The position numbers were made by a program, and so were the translations under genes. From a virus (Duplodnaviria > Caudoviricetes), in the IMG/VR virus record IMGVR_UViG_3300046786_000327, positions 1 through 49,631 of that record: a stretch of 49,631 nucleotides of DNA. One strand, 5' to 3'. The notes beneath the pieces are model-generated. The model was given only the letters and a program-made list of their open reading frames with translations, did not search any database and was not told the origin of the DNA. Below, piece by piece: positions 16,665 through 25,157 of this stretch (positions within the stretch are counted from its first letter, which is position 1; each line of letters begins with the position of its first letter).

Positions 16665-17234
16665 ATGGAATATTACAAAAAAATAAATTTAAAGTGCGAA
16701 CCTCTTATAAGAGAATTTGTAATGAAGGATCTAGATCCGGTTCCAACAAATATTAAAGATTCTGTCAAGGTCGCACATACATTACCACCTGAACTACTAA
16801 ACATAGTTAATGCTGAACTAGCTGAGTACGGAATTCCCAATGTATGGTATTGTCAAAGTTATCTTCGACTTAAGGGAACTACTCAAGGAATACATATTGA
16901 CGGGGTTAAAGACTTGAATATTCACGTTGCTATCAATCTGCCTATTCAGAATACTGAGCATAGCAAATTTACATGGTACACTGGTGATTATCAGACAGGT
17001 GTTAAGACCGGCTTAGCACAAAACACTAGTGGTACTGCTATACCTATAACATTTCATGACATAACATTTCAGAACTTGAAAGAGGCTGCGTCATTGGAAT
17101 TAAATCAAGCACACTTAATCAGAGTCGATAGACCACATCGTGCTACTGCAAATGATGTAGCAGATCGCTGGATATTCACTATGCGGTTTAAAGGTAACCC
17201 TTCGTTTGAAGAATTATACGATAAGTTACCATGA
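16665..17234 (+). CDS. putative Fe(II)/2OG oxygenase-like protein
   Basis: IHIDG, AINLPI and PH......RW..TMRF pattern. Confidence 0.55.
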   Translation: MEYYKKINLKCEPLIREFVMKDLDPVPTNIKDSVKVAHTLPPELLNIVNAELAEYGIPNVWYCQSYLRLKGTTQGIHIDGVKDLNIHVAINLPIQNTEHSKFTWYTGDYQTGVKTGLAQNTSGTAIPITFHDITFQNLKEAASLELNQAHLIRVDRPHRATANDVADRWIFTMRFKGNPSFEELYDKLP

Positions 17235-17824
17235 TCGTTGTTCAAACTTACGATGCTAATTTAAAAGATATATTTTTTGATTTTTTAAAATCAACTAATA
17301 CGTCAGATCCTGCTAGTGCTAATATGTGGGATGATGTATGGGAAGATAAGAGTTACACTCTTCCTTACATCTTAGAAAAGACTGACAGGTTCGACGGAAA
17401 GAATGGTGAATTTCATGTCGTATTTGATGATGATAGAATCATTGCATGCGGTGGAGTTTATATCAGTGCATTCTCTACCGATATTACTATTGCAGGAACG
17501 AGAACTTGGGTAGATAAACAGTATCGCAATAAGTTAATTATGCGAGAAATTTTGCTACCTCGTCAGAAAGCTTGGAGCATAGAAAAAGATTGCAAAATTG
17601 TAGCAATCAGTGTGAATGAATATAACAAGAACCTACTGATACCATTTAAGAGAATCAGATTAGGTGAAGACAAGAACAGGATGAGTGATAGACAACCGCA
17701 TCATCTGTTCTATAACGGTGCTATAGAAGTTGACTTTCCAGTCGAAATTCAATATACAAAGCAATGGGTCTTGTATGAAAAATTAGACCCATGCTTTGAT
17801 TTTGACTGGTCTACTATCGCTTAG
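17231..17824 (+). CDS. GNAT-family acyltransferase-like protein
   Basis: IIACGGVY...RTWVDKQYRNK (acyl-CoA-binding motif A-like); ends in TAG. Confidence 0.6.
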   Translation: MIVVQTYDANLKDIFFDFLKSTNTSDPASANMWDDVWEDKSYTLPYILEKTDRFDGKNGEFHVVFDDDRIIACGGVYISAFSTDITIAGTRTWVDKQYRNKLIMREILLPRQKAWSIEKDCKIVAISVNEYNKNLLIPFKRIRLGEDKNRMSDRQPHHLFYNGAIEVDFPVEIQYTKQWVLYEKLDPCFDFDWSTIA

Positions 17825-18227
17825 TTTGACTAGCTAACTCTCTGTATCCAGCCCAACTTGGGTGAATGCCATCTGTTTGCACTCGGCTAGTTCCGATAAT
17901 TATATCACCGTTTGCTTCTGCAATCTTCTTAACAATGTCATTGATATTAGACTTGCAGAACTTATCATTACAAGGTGGCATAATCCAAAACACTTTAGCC
18001 GCTTTGACTTTGGCTCTCATCTCTAACAACTCTTTTTCTGTTTTGACACCTTTGTGGTCGTTAGTTCCGAGACTGATAATGACTGTTCCTGCTGTCAAGT
18101 CTTTATCACTGTAAGTCTTATTCCATTGCCAGGTGTTGATTCCACCTTTGCTATAAGATACACATTCATAACGTTGCAGGTGTGTACCCACAGCGATTGA
18201 ATCTCCTAGTACAATACAATCAATCAT
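17814..18227 (-). CDS. SGNH/GDSL hydrolase
   Basis: GDSIA, LGTND and DGIHP blocks; start reassigned to ATG 18227, overlapping the upstream stop. Confidence 0.85.
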   Translation of the reverse strand: MIDCIVLGDSIAVGTHLQRYECVSYSKGGINTWQWNKTYSDKDLTAGTVIISLGTNDHKGVKTEKELLEMRAKVKAAKVFWIMPPCNDKFCKSNINDIVKKIAEANGDIIIGTSRVQTDGIHPSWAGYRELASQTKR

Positions 18228-19138
18228 GCGAAAATCTCCAATGCAGTACCACATTCGGTACAAAATTTTGCAGTAGCTTTGTTTTGCTTACCGCATGTCA
18301 CACACTTAGGCTTGTGCTTAGTAGTGACAGGCTTTAGTACGGGTTTGTTGTCCTCAGTCTCACCTAGTAACTTCAACACGATTGTATGTTTTACATCTTC
18401 CATCGCATTCATGTAAGTTGTAGTGAACTTCTGACTAGACTTAGAACCCGGAACTGTGATACCAACATCGTTCTTTGGTGCGTATGAATCCATAGTAGCC
18501 ATACCATCATGCAAGTCAATCTGATTGATGATGCCGTTGTCAGCACAATACTTGTCTACTGCGGCGCTGGCTGCTTGAGCAGTTACTTCGCCATTCTTAC
18601 TCCAGTCAACACCACGCATCATACCGTTGACATTATAGGATGCATTGGTGTAAGTATCTCTACTGCCGGTGTATCGAAAGTTGTCACTCGCACCAGTACT
18701 TCCAACGATACCACCGTGGTTGCCGTAGTAGGGACCAAAGATAGTTTTCTTTTGCCATTCAGGGAGATCACTGACACGCATTGGTGGTTTTTCAAATTGA
18801 AATTCAATACGGACAAGTCCGTCCTCCAATTTCACACCACGTGGACCGTTCTCAATGGCACTTGTTCGTTCAATGAACTTGAAACGATTACCTTCCATGA
18901 GATTGCCACCCTTGATACTACGCTCTAAGTCTACTTCTTGTCCTGCATTGAGAACAAGTCCACCTGGAGTCATGTCTTCACCATCAATAAAGACGTTGAC
19001 TAGTGCTCTGGTTGTGTTGAGATTTTTGAGTAGAAAACTGTATTCTGATCCGAACGGGATATAAACAGTGTCTTTAAATTCGCGGAGAATTTTACCATTG
19101 GCTTTTAGGCTCGCCACGAGCTTTGATTCATACATCAT
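18224..19138 (-). CDS. hypothetical protein with C-terminal zinc ribbon
   Basis: CVTCG...FCTECG; AAGGA RBS. Confidence 0.7.
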   Translation of the reverse strand: MMYESKLVASLKANGKILREFKDTVYIPFGSEYSFLLKNLNTTRALVNVFIDGEDMTPGGLVLNAGQEVDLERSIKGGNLMEGNRFKFIERTSAIENGPRGVKLEDGLVRIEFQFEKPPMRVSDLPEWQKKTIFGPYYGNHGGIVGSTGASDNFRYTGSRDTYTNASYNVNGMMRGVDWSKNGEVTAQAASAAVDKYCADNGIINQIDLHDGMATMDSYAPKNDVGITVPGSKSSQKFTTTYMNAMEDVKHTIVLKLLGETEDNKPVLKPVTTKHKPKCVTCGKQNKATAKFCTECGTALEIFA

Positions 19139-19150
19139 ATTTTCCTTTTC

Positions 19151-19217
19151 TGGTCACACTCTAAGACCATAATGTTTAAAGAGTGTTAGGTGAAGCCCCA
19201 TGCTTCAACAGTATTTA
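19151..19217 (-). promoter_or_regulatory. TAAATA promoter plus structured 5' leader (hairpin and pseudoknot/switch)
   Basis: TAAATA at 19217-19212; hairpin TGAAGC/GCTTCA; interleaved stems ACACTCT/AGAGTGT and TGGTC/GACCA just before the SD. Confidence 0.5.
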
Positions 19218-19240
19218 TTATAATCGAGTTTATTTAAAAA

Positions 19241-19789
19241 TTAAAGATTATTGGGCAACAAATCAATTACCAAATGTATCCTAAAGATATCAGAATCATT
19301 ATGGACCATATGAAATCTCTTGTTATCAAATTCAAAGAACTCTCCGGCTTTAAAAAAATAAGGATTGTCATCAATAAAGAATTTTACATCAGGATGAGTG
19401 ATGATAGGTAGATGAACTCTATGACACATAGTATACAGATTGCTTTGGTCGTAGTGTCTGTATATCTTTGTACCAGGCGCAAGACCGTCTAATACTGCAA
19501 TTATAGCTTTCGCATTCAACAGTTCTTCTATTTTATGCACCTCATTCATAATTAATTGATGTACGGGGTGTGATGCATTTGACGTTATTGATTCGTGATT
19601 CTTGGGATCGCCCCAGAATTCTTTAGGGAGACCCCTTAAAGGAAATGTTTTTAGTTCTCTAAATATTGGAATTAGTTTCAATATTTGATTTTGATCCCAA
19701 TCTTCAGGCGTTATAGATGAGAAATCAAATGTCATTAACTCGGGGGAAGGAGTCAATGAAAGTACTTTAAACGGAGTCTCTAATTGCAT
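19241..19789 (-). CDS. aspartyl/asparaginyl beta-hydroxylase (AspH/LpxO-like) domain protein
   Basis: L.PG..I.RHYD, HRVHLPI.T and EFDN...H.V.N.S...RIHLVID motifs. Confidence 0.85.
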   Translation of the reverse strand: MQLETPFKVLSLTPSPELMTFDFSSITPEDWDQNQILKLIPIFRELKTFPLRGLPKEFWGDPKNHESITSNASHPVHQLIMNEVHKIEELLNAKAIIAVLDGLAPGTKIYRHYDQSNLYTMCHRVHLPIITHPDVKFFIDDNPYFFKAGEFFEFDNKRFHMVHNDSDIFRIHLVIDLLPNNL

Positions 19790-19792
19790 AAT

Positions 19793-20020
19793 CTATTTAT
19801 GAGGCTTTTCTTTTTCCATCGTAGGTGTGATACGTGAAATTTCTTCTTCTGTTGCAAATCTGTGTGGTTCTTGAAAGTAATGAGGCATCCAAATCCTGAC
19901 TGGTTTCCAATACTTACTTAAAATAGTGTTGATAAAAGTTGCTCCGGCAATGATAACAACAATACCTATTGTATACATAATGCTGCCGACTAAAAAACTC
20001 GATGCTGATTCAATTGTCAT
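19793..20020 (-). CDS. 75-aa single-pass membrane protein
   Basis: Start reassigned to ATG 20020 because the longer ORF overlaps the tRNA; hydrophobic FLVGSIMYTIGIVVIIAGATFI; ends in TAG. Confidence 0.65.
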   Translation of the reverse strand: MTIESASSFLVGSIMYTIGIVVIIAGATFINTILSKYWKPVRIWMPHYFQEPHRFATEEEISRITPTMEKEKPHK

Positions 20021-20048
20021 AATACTACCTGACGTTGGGTTATTGAAA

Positions 20049-20125
20049 TGGTGCGCTAGACAGGATTCGAACCTGCGACATGATGTTTTAGAGACACCCT
20101 CCCTTACCATATGGGATACTAGCGC
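20049..20125 (-). tRNA. amber suppressor tRNA (anticodon CUA)
   Basis: Acceptor GCGCTAG/CTAGCGC; anticodon arm GGTGT-CTCTAAA-ACATC; GGTTCGAATCC; CCA; own TGn-TATAAT at 20139-20134. Confidence 0.8.
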
Positions 20126-20157
20126 ATGTGCTTATTATAGCACATTTTGAATAAAAA

Positions 20158-20697
20158 TCAAATAGAGATTTTCCCAATTGAATAAACTACTGCGGCGATG
20201 CGACCGATAGCCATCAGTTCTTGGGTAGTCATACCTTCTTTCTTTAGTGTGTCATAGTGTGCTTTAACACAGAAATGGCACTTACCAATGATGCTTGCGG
20301 CTAGTGAATACATTTCGAATTTCTTCTTAGATACACCGCCGTGAGTAGCATATGCATTCATACGCAAGCCAGCCGGCAAACCTTTCATGCCTTCATCTCC
20401 TGCCATTTCAACAAACGGATACCAAATGTTGTTCTGCCCCATTAATGAGGCTGCACACTTTGCCGCTTCACGTTCTGCGTCTGCTAAGAACAATGGACTG
20501 TTGTGTTCGATTTCAAACGCTAATCCACCGTTGCCTGCGGCTAATGCAGATACATAAGCAATAGCATGTGTATCTACTGGATCTAGCCCTGAACGATTGA
20601 TAACACTATCAATGTTAAGTTTAATATCTTTTGAATGATCTGGGATAGAGTCTTTTACAGACTGTACCCAGTCTCCGTTAATTGTAATTGGGTTCAT
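20158..20697 (-). CDS. ahpD: alkylhydroperoxidase AhpD
   Basis: KDIKLN, MGQNNIWY and SIIGKCHFCVKAH (CxxC); start reassigned to ATG 20697, coupled to the ahpC stop. Confidence 0.88.
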   Translation of the reverse strand: MNPITINGDWVQSVKDSIPDHSKDIKLNIDSVINRSGLDPVDTHAIAYVSALAAGNGGLAFEIEHNSPLFLADAEREAAKCAASLMGQNNIWYPFVEMAGDEGMKGLPAGLRMNAYATHGGVSKKKFEMYSLAASIIGKCHFCVKAHYDTLKKEGMTTQELMAIGRIAAVVYSIGKISI

Positions 20698-21239
20698 AAT
20701 GTTTCTCCACCGATTGGACGTGAGCATGGGCACAACTCGCCAGTTTGCAATGCATCAAGCACACGCAATGCTTCGTCTGGGTTACGACCAACGTCCAAGT
20801 TGTTAACTGTAACGTGCTGGATAACGTTCTCTGGGTCAACGATGAATGTTGCACGAAGTGCCGCACCTGCTGGACCGTAGAAGATACCTAGTTGTTCTGC
20901 AAGTGACATTTCATCACGTGCTACGTCTGCGAATGACCATGAGTTAGTCTTCTTCAAATCTTCATGTGCATTACGCCATGCTAACTTACAGAATTCATTA
21001 TCTGTTGAACCGATAAGCAAGACAGCATCACGGTCAGCAAAGTCACCGTTCAACTTGTCATATGCTACAATTTCTGTAGGACATACAAATGTGAAGTCTT
21101 TTGGATAGTAAACGATTACTTTCCACTTGCCTTCAAAACTCTTTTCTGTAATAGTTTCAAATGCGCCATCTGGTGTGAGTGCGCCTGGCTTAACGCCTGT
21201 AACTGCAAAACTTGTGATTTTATCGCCGATTGTTTTCAT
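20694..21239 (-). CDS. ahpC: peroxiredoxin AhpC
   Basis: YPKDFTFVCPTE, GRNPDE.LR and LCPC motifs. Confidence 0.95.
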   Translation of the reverse strand: MKTIGDKITSFAVTGVKPGALTPDGAFETITEKSFEGKWKVIVYYPKDFTFVCPTEIVAYDKLNGDFADRDAVLLIGSTDNEFCKLAWRNAHEDLKKTNSWSFADVARDEMSLAEQLGIFYGPAGAALRATFIVDPENVIQHVTVNNLDVGRNPDEALRVLDALQTGELCPCSRPIGGETL

Positions 21240-21254
21240 TATATTTCCTTTGTG

Positions 21255-21602
21255 TTAATGTTTCTGTGACTTGCAATTAGGGCAAATTAATTGCAAGTTA
21301 TCCTCTGTGCTATTATGACTGTTGTTATCTTTGTAGTCAACTACTAATGGAATATCATGTCCTGCATGTACTGTATTGCTACACACTTCACATTGATGAC
21401 CTCTTTCATGAATCAAATATTTCTTGATCCATTCAGGGACTTGACGCCAAGCTGTTTGCTCAGGCTTTTCTTTCCATTCACTAACTAATTGTCTGCTACG
21501 ATGTTGCTGTTGGCAACTGTTATTGCAGTACTTGTTGGTGTATGAGTTACCCTTCACAGGGTTAACCTTACCGCAGTTCAAACAAGTAAAACATCCATTC
21601 AT
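21255..21602 (-). CDS. HNH-endonuclease-like zinc-finger protein with degenerate active site
   Basis: CLNCG, KYCNNSC, CEVC and LVVDYKDNNSHN...NLQLICPNC; Tyr in place of the catalytic His. Confidence 0.7.
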   Translation of the reverse strand: MNGCFTCLNCGKVNPVKGNSYTNKYCNNSCQQQHRSRQLVSEWKEKPEQTAWRQVPEWIKKYLIHERGHQCEVCSNTVHAGHDIPLVVDYKDNNSHNSTEDNLQLICPNCKSQKH

Positions 21603-21709
21603 AATCACCTTTCTAGTAGAGCACTTCTAAAAGCATTCTATATTTATTTAGTGCTCTATAGATATGATTATATACGACTATATCATGATTTTACAGTATT
21701 TTGGGCAAC

Positions 21710-21733
21710 AAAAAAGGCTCCTAAGAGCCTTTT
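21710..21733. terminator. intrinsic terminator downstream of the OMP gene (potentially bidirectional)
   Basis: AAAAAAGGCTC-CTAA-GAGCCTTTT. Confidence 0.8.
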
Positions 21734-21751
21734 GCTAAATCAAATTAATGA

Positions 21752-22303
21752 TTAGAAGTTGAATGATAGACCAAGACCTAGTGCATCTTCTTTGATAGTC
21801 TGATAAGACTTGCTTGCATTCAAGTTAACAGACACATTCTTTGCAACAGGAATACTGTATGTAGCGAATGCAACTGTTTGCTTAGTGCGAGTAGCTTCAT
21901 CACTACCTACACGTGTCTTAACACCTAGCAATGCGAAACCAGGACCAGCTTTGAAGCCAGTAGTTGCACCAACTAGACCATATGTGTATGCGGCGCCTGT
22001 TGCACCATTAAAGCCATTGTCATGACCAACACCAACGAATGGAGTGACACCTGCAAAGCCAATTTTGTTATTGGCAATAGTTGCTTCTAGGCTACTCAAT
22101 GTACCGCCACCGTCAACGGTTGCAGTGCGTTGTTGTAGACCCAATTGATAGTTACCAAAGCCTTTGCCTGCACGTACATATTGTGCTGTGCTACCGGTTG
22201 CACCTTGAAGGCCGCGGACATTGTCAACGTCAACAGATACAAAATCTGCGGCGAACGCAGAACCGAAAGTGGCAAGAGCCAAGATTGCTAAAATTTTCTT
22301 CAT
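21752..22303 (-). CDS. outer-membrane beta-barrel protein
   Basis: Sec signal (AFA/A), alternating amphipathic strands, C-terminal beta-signal GLSFNF; strong AAGGA RBS. Confidence 0.75.
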   Translation of the reverse strand: MKKILAILALATFGSAFAADFVSVDVDNVRGLQGATGSTAQYVRAGKGFGNYQLGLQQRTATVDGGGTLSSLEATIANNKIGFAGVTPFVGVGHDNGFNGATGAAYTYGLVGATTGFKAGPGFALLGVKTRVGSDEATRTKQTVAFATYSIPVAKNVSVNLNASKSYQTIKEDALGLGLSFNF

Positions 22304-22401
22304 TTTAATTTCCTTTTAAAAAATGTGAATAATTATTTATTTCATAGCAAGACGCTAAGAATGTTTTTATTTTACACTAAAAGTCTAAACATTCTACGTG
22401 T

Positions 22402-22710
22402 TTAGGACGCATCATCTTTGATTACTGACCCATTACTGTGTCTATCTCTGATAAAGTCAGTATCTTGGAAGAGTCGTTTCTCTTGCGCTGTTAATTTATC
22501 TTTATGAGTTTTACGTGGGTTACCGCACATCATACAACCCGGCTGTCCACAATCCATAGCATGGTGTTTAGCTAAACGATGCGGTTCTTTAATTGCTTTG
22601 TCGTAAAATCCTAAACCATGTTGTTTAGCAATACGAACTTGTCTTGCGACTGCCACATCATTCTTGTGACGACGGCGACTGTTTAAAAATTTTGCTGTAT
22701 CGTTACTCAT
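22402..22710 (-). CDS. basic hypothetical protein with Cys cluster
   Basis: HHAMDCGQPGCMMCGNPR; operon-like spacing. Confidence 0.65.
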   Translation of the reverse strand: MSNDTAKFLNSRRRHKNDVAVARQVRIAKQHGLGFYDKAIKEPHRLAKHHAMDCGQPGCMMCGNPRKTHKDKLTAQEKRLFQDTDFIRDRHSNGSVIKDDAS

Positions 22711-22714
22711 ATAT

Positions 22715-22873
22715 TCAATTAGAAGGTTTAAGTGGTGGAAATTTAAGATTCTTTTTCTGTTTGTGTGTCTCTAATTGTTGCTGTCTAGCTAGGTGTTTAA
22801 CCTTTGAGCTATCATGCAGTGCTATTGATTTGATTAGCTTTTGTCCGGAACCAATACGTGTTAAGTCTAGCAT
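22715..22873 (-). CDS. 52-aa basic hypothetical protein
   Basis: Start reassigned to ATG 22873, preceded by AGGAG and TAAATA. Confidence 0.55.
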   Translation of the reverse strand: MLDLTRIGSGQKLIKSIALHDSSKVKHLARQQQLETHKQKKNLKFPPLKPSN

Positions 22874-22895
22874 TGAGTTATCTCCTGTTAAGTAT

Positions 22896-23459
22896 TTAGT
22901 CGCTAGAATCTTCGCAAGCAACAATCCAACCTAACTTTAGTAAATCTTCTCTGATTTCATCAGTTACGTGACTTTCAGGAACAAAATAAGTCTTAAGATA
23001 TAAGTATCTCTCTTGTTGTTCTCTGTCCATGTTGTGATATTCTTCATCAGAAACTTCACCTGTGATGCCACTACAGTACCAGTCTATGTAATCACCTTCT
23101 TCACGCATATTAGCAATGATGCCACCGGCACTACGCCAACTTGCACTCCAAGTTTTACCTTGAAGTACTGGCCAAACATCGTTCTTAGTGAAATCATTAT
23201 TACATATTGCCGCATATAGATTCTGTGCATATGCTTCACTTTGTTTTGTTTTATCACAGATCCATTTCGCAGAACGCAGGTCATACTCCATATTATCTAC
23301 TTTCCACTCAGCAGTAGCTTCAAGCTCTTGGCGTCGGACTTCCCAAGATTTATAGAACTCAATCATTTCTTGTGCTTTTTCAGGTGTGGTATCACCCTCT
23401 TCAACACGTTTTAATTGATTTTCTATGTGGAATGTCCCACGCTCTGGACTAGAATTCAT
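22896..23459 (-). CDS. hypothetical phage protein
   Basis: YAQNLYAAICNN, SWRSAGGIIA and YIDWYCSG blocks; start reassigned to ATG 23459 just after metK. Confidence 0.7.
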   Translation of the reverse strand: MNSSPERGTFHIENQLKRVEEGDTTPEKAQEMIEFYKSWEVRRQELEATAEWKVDNMEYDLRSAKWICDKTKQSEAYAQNLYAAICNNDFTKNDVWPVLQGKTWSASWRSAGGIIANMREEGDYIDWYCSGITGEVSDEEYHNMDREQQERYLYLKTYFVPESHVTDEIREDLLKLGWIVACEDSSD

Positions 23460-23460
23460 A

Positions 23461-24561
23461 TTAGAATAAGTTGATTTCTTCCCAAGGAAGATAAGATTTA
23501 CCAAAATGACCGTAGTTTGTAGTTAAGTTATAGATAGGTCTGAATAAATTAAATTTATCAATAATTCCCTTAGGTGTCAAGTCTACGTTTTCCCGAACCC
23601 ACTTAGTAAGGTCTCTTGCTTGGGCGGCGTCTGCGGTTTCAATGTAGAAACTCATAGGCTCTGCCAATCCAATAGCGTAGCTAATCTGACAAGTTGCCCA
23701 ATCTGCTTTACCACTAGCTACAATATTCTTAGCAACATAGCGCATCATATATGCGGCTGACCTGTCAACTTTCGTAGGATCTTTGCCACTAAATGCACCA
23801 CCGCCATGGGGACTATAGCCACCATAAGTATCAACAATGATTTTTCTTCCGGTGAGGCCAGTGTCTCCGTCAGGACCACCAATAACAAAACGACCAGTAG
23901 GATTGATAAAATATTCAGTATTGTCATCTATGTATTTCGTAGGTAATATTGCACGAATGACTTCTTTGACTGCTAAACGCAGTGCATTGATTTCAATGTC
24001 ATTAGTATGTTGAGTTGAGCAAACTACTTTACTGATACGCTTTGGTGTACCATCATCGTTGTACTCAAATGTAACTTGTGACTTAGCATCTGGTCCTAAA
24101 CAAGTCATTACACCGTTCTTGCGTAGTTCTGTTAATTTTTCTACAATACGATGTGACCAATAAATTGCTGAAGGCATGTAGCTCTGTGTTTCATTGCAAG
24201 CATAACCGAACATTAAACCTTGATCACCTGCACCAAACGTGTCAGTTCCTAATGCAATGTCTGCACTCTGTCCATGCAATAAATTAGTGATTTCTACAGT
24301 GCGCCAATCAAAGCCTGTCTGTTCATAACCAATATTTTTAATAGTTCTACGAACAGCACTTTCAACTTCTTCATTGTGTAATACACCCTTGTATTCTCCT
24401 GCTAACACAACACGATTAGTTGTAACTAATGTTTCACATGCACATCGTAATGACGGGTCTTCCTTAGCCATTACCAAATCTAAAACGGCATCGCTAATAG
24501 CGTCTGCTACTTTATCGGGATGTCCCTCACTAACACTTTCACTTGTAAATAGGTAGCTCAT
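23461..24561 (-). CDS. metK: S-adenosylmethionine synthetase
   Basis: FTSESVSEGHPDK, GAGDQG and GGGAFSGKD motifs. Confidence 0.97.
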   Translation of the reverse strand: MSYLFTSESVSEGHPDKVADAISDAVLDLVMAKEDPSLRCACETLVTTNRVVLAGEYKGVLHNEEVESAVRRTIKNIGYEQTGFDWRTVEITNLLHGQSADIALGTDTFGAGDQGLMFGYACNETQSYMPSAIYWSHRIVEKLTELRKNGVMTCLGPDAKSQVTFEYNDDGTPKRISKVVCSTQHTNDIEINALRLAVKEVIRAILPTKYIDDNTEYFINPTGRFVIGGPDGDTGLTGRKIIVDTYGGYSPHGGGAFSGKDPTKVDRSAAYMMRYVAKNIVASGKADWATCQISYAIGLAEPMSFYIETADAAQARDLTKWVRENVDLTPKGIIDKFNLFRPIYNLTTNYGHFGKSYLPWEEINLF

Positions 24562-24581
24562 TAATTTCCTTTGTTTAATAT

Positions 24582-25157
24582 TTAGACATCTTGCTGATGC
24601 GTTTTAGTTTTTTTAATCTTCTTTGCTTTAGAATAGAATATATGATTACCAATTTTAGCAACTTGTCTATATGGCCAACTAGGGTCAACATGAATATTAT
24701 GAAAAAACAATGTTGACGCAGGTACAACTTCTTTATACCTATCGTATGCTAATACTTGATATGCAACTTCTTCTGATTCTTTGTATTTTAGTGAGTTTTT
24801 ATTAGGCTCACCTTTACCCTCACATACCCAACTAAACTGACACACTTTATTATCTTCTACTAGTGTAGTTTGATATATCACGTTGCACGGAGTTCTTGCG
24901 AAACCATGTGCAACTCTATTCATAACCACACGTGCTACAGCGGCTTTGCCTTCAATTGACTCTGATCCTGCTTCGTAGTAAATGTTCTTTGTTAGACACA
25001 ATAATTGTTTCGGGTCGATTGCGGCTGCTACTTCTTTGGGTGCTTCTTCTTCCTCTGTGGGGATGCTTATCATAGTCAGCTTAATACCTAAAACTAGTAT
25101 AAAAACACCAACTAGTAATCTAACACCGACGATGGCACTTTTTTTCAAAAATTCCAT
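24582..25157 (-). CDS. SleB-like cell wall hydrolase (Hydrolase_2) with N-terminal transmembrane helix
   Basis: CL..NIYYEA, AVARVVMNRV, CQFSW and IGNHIFY motifs. Confidence 0.9.
   Translation of the reverse strand: MEFLKKSAIVGVRLLVGVFILVLGIKLTMISIPTEEEEAPKEVAAAIDPKQLLCLTKNIYYEAGSESIEGKAAVARVVMNRVAHGFARTPCNVIYQTTLVEDNKVCQFSWVCEGKGEPNKNSLKYKESEEVAYQVLAYDRYKEVVPASTLFFHNIHVDPSWPYRQVAKIGNHIFYSKAKKIKKTKTHQQDV

Noticed and set aside
20049-20125. Reading the lone tRNA as Arg(TCT)
   Set aside because: Centring TCT in a 7-nt loop breaks the anticodon stem; the paired stem GGTGT/ACATC centres CTA with U33 and A37.
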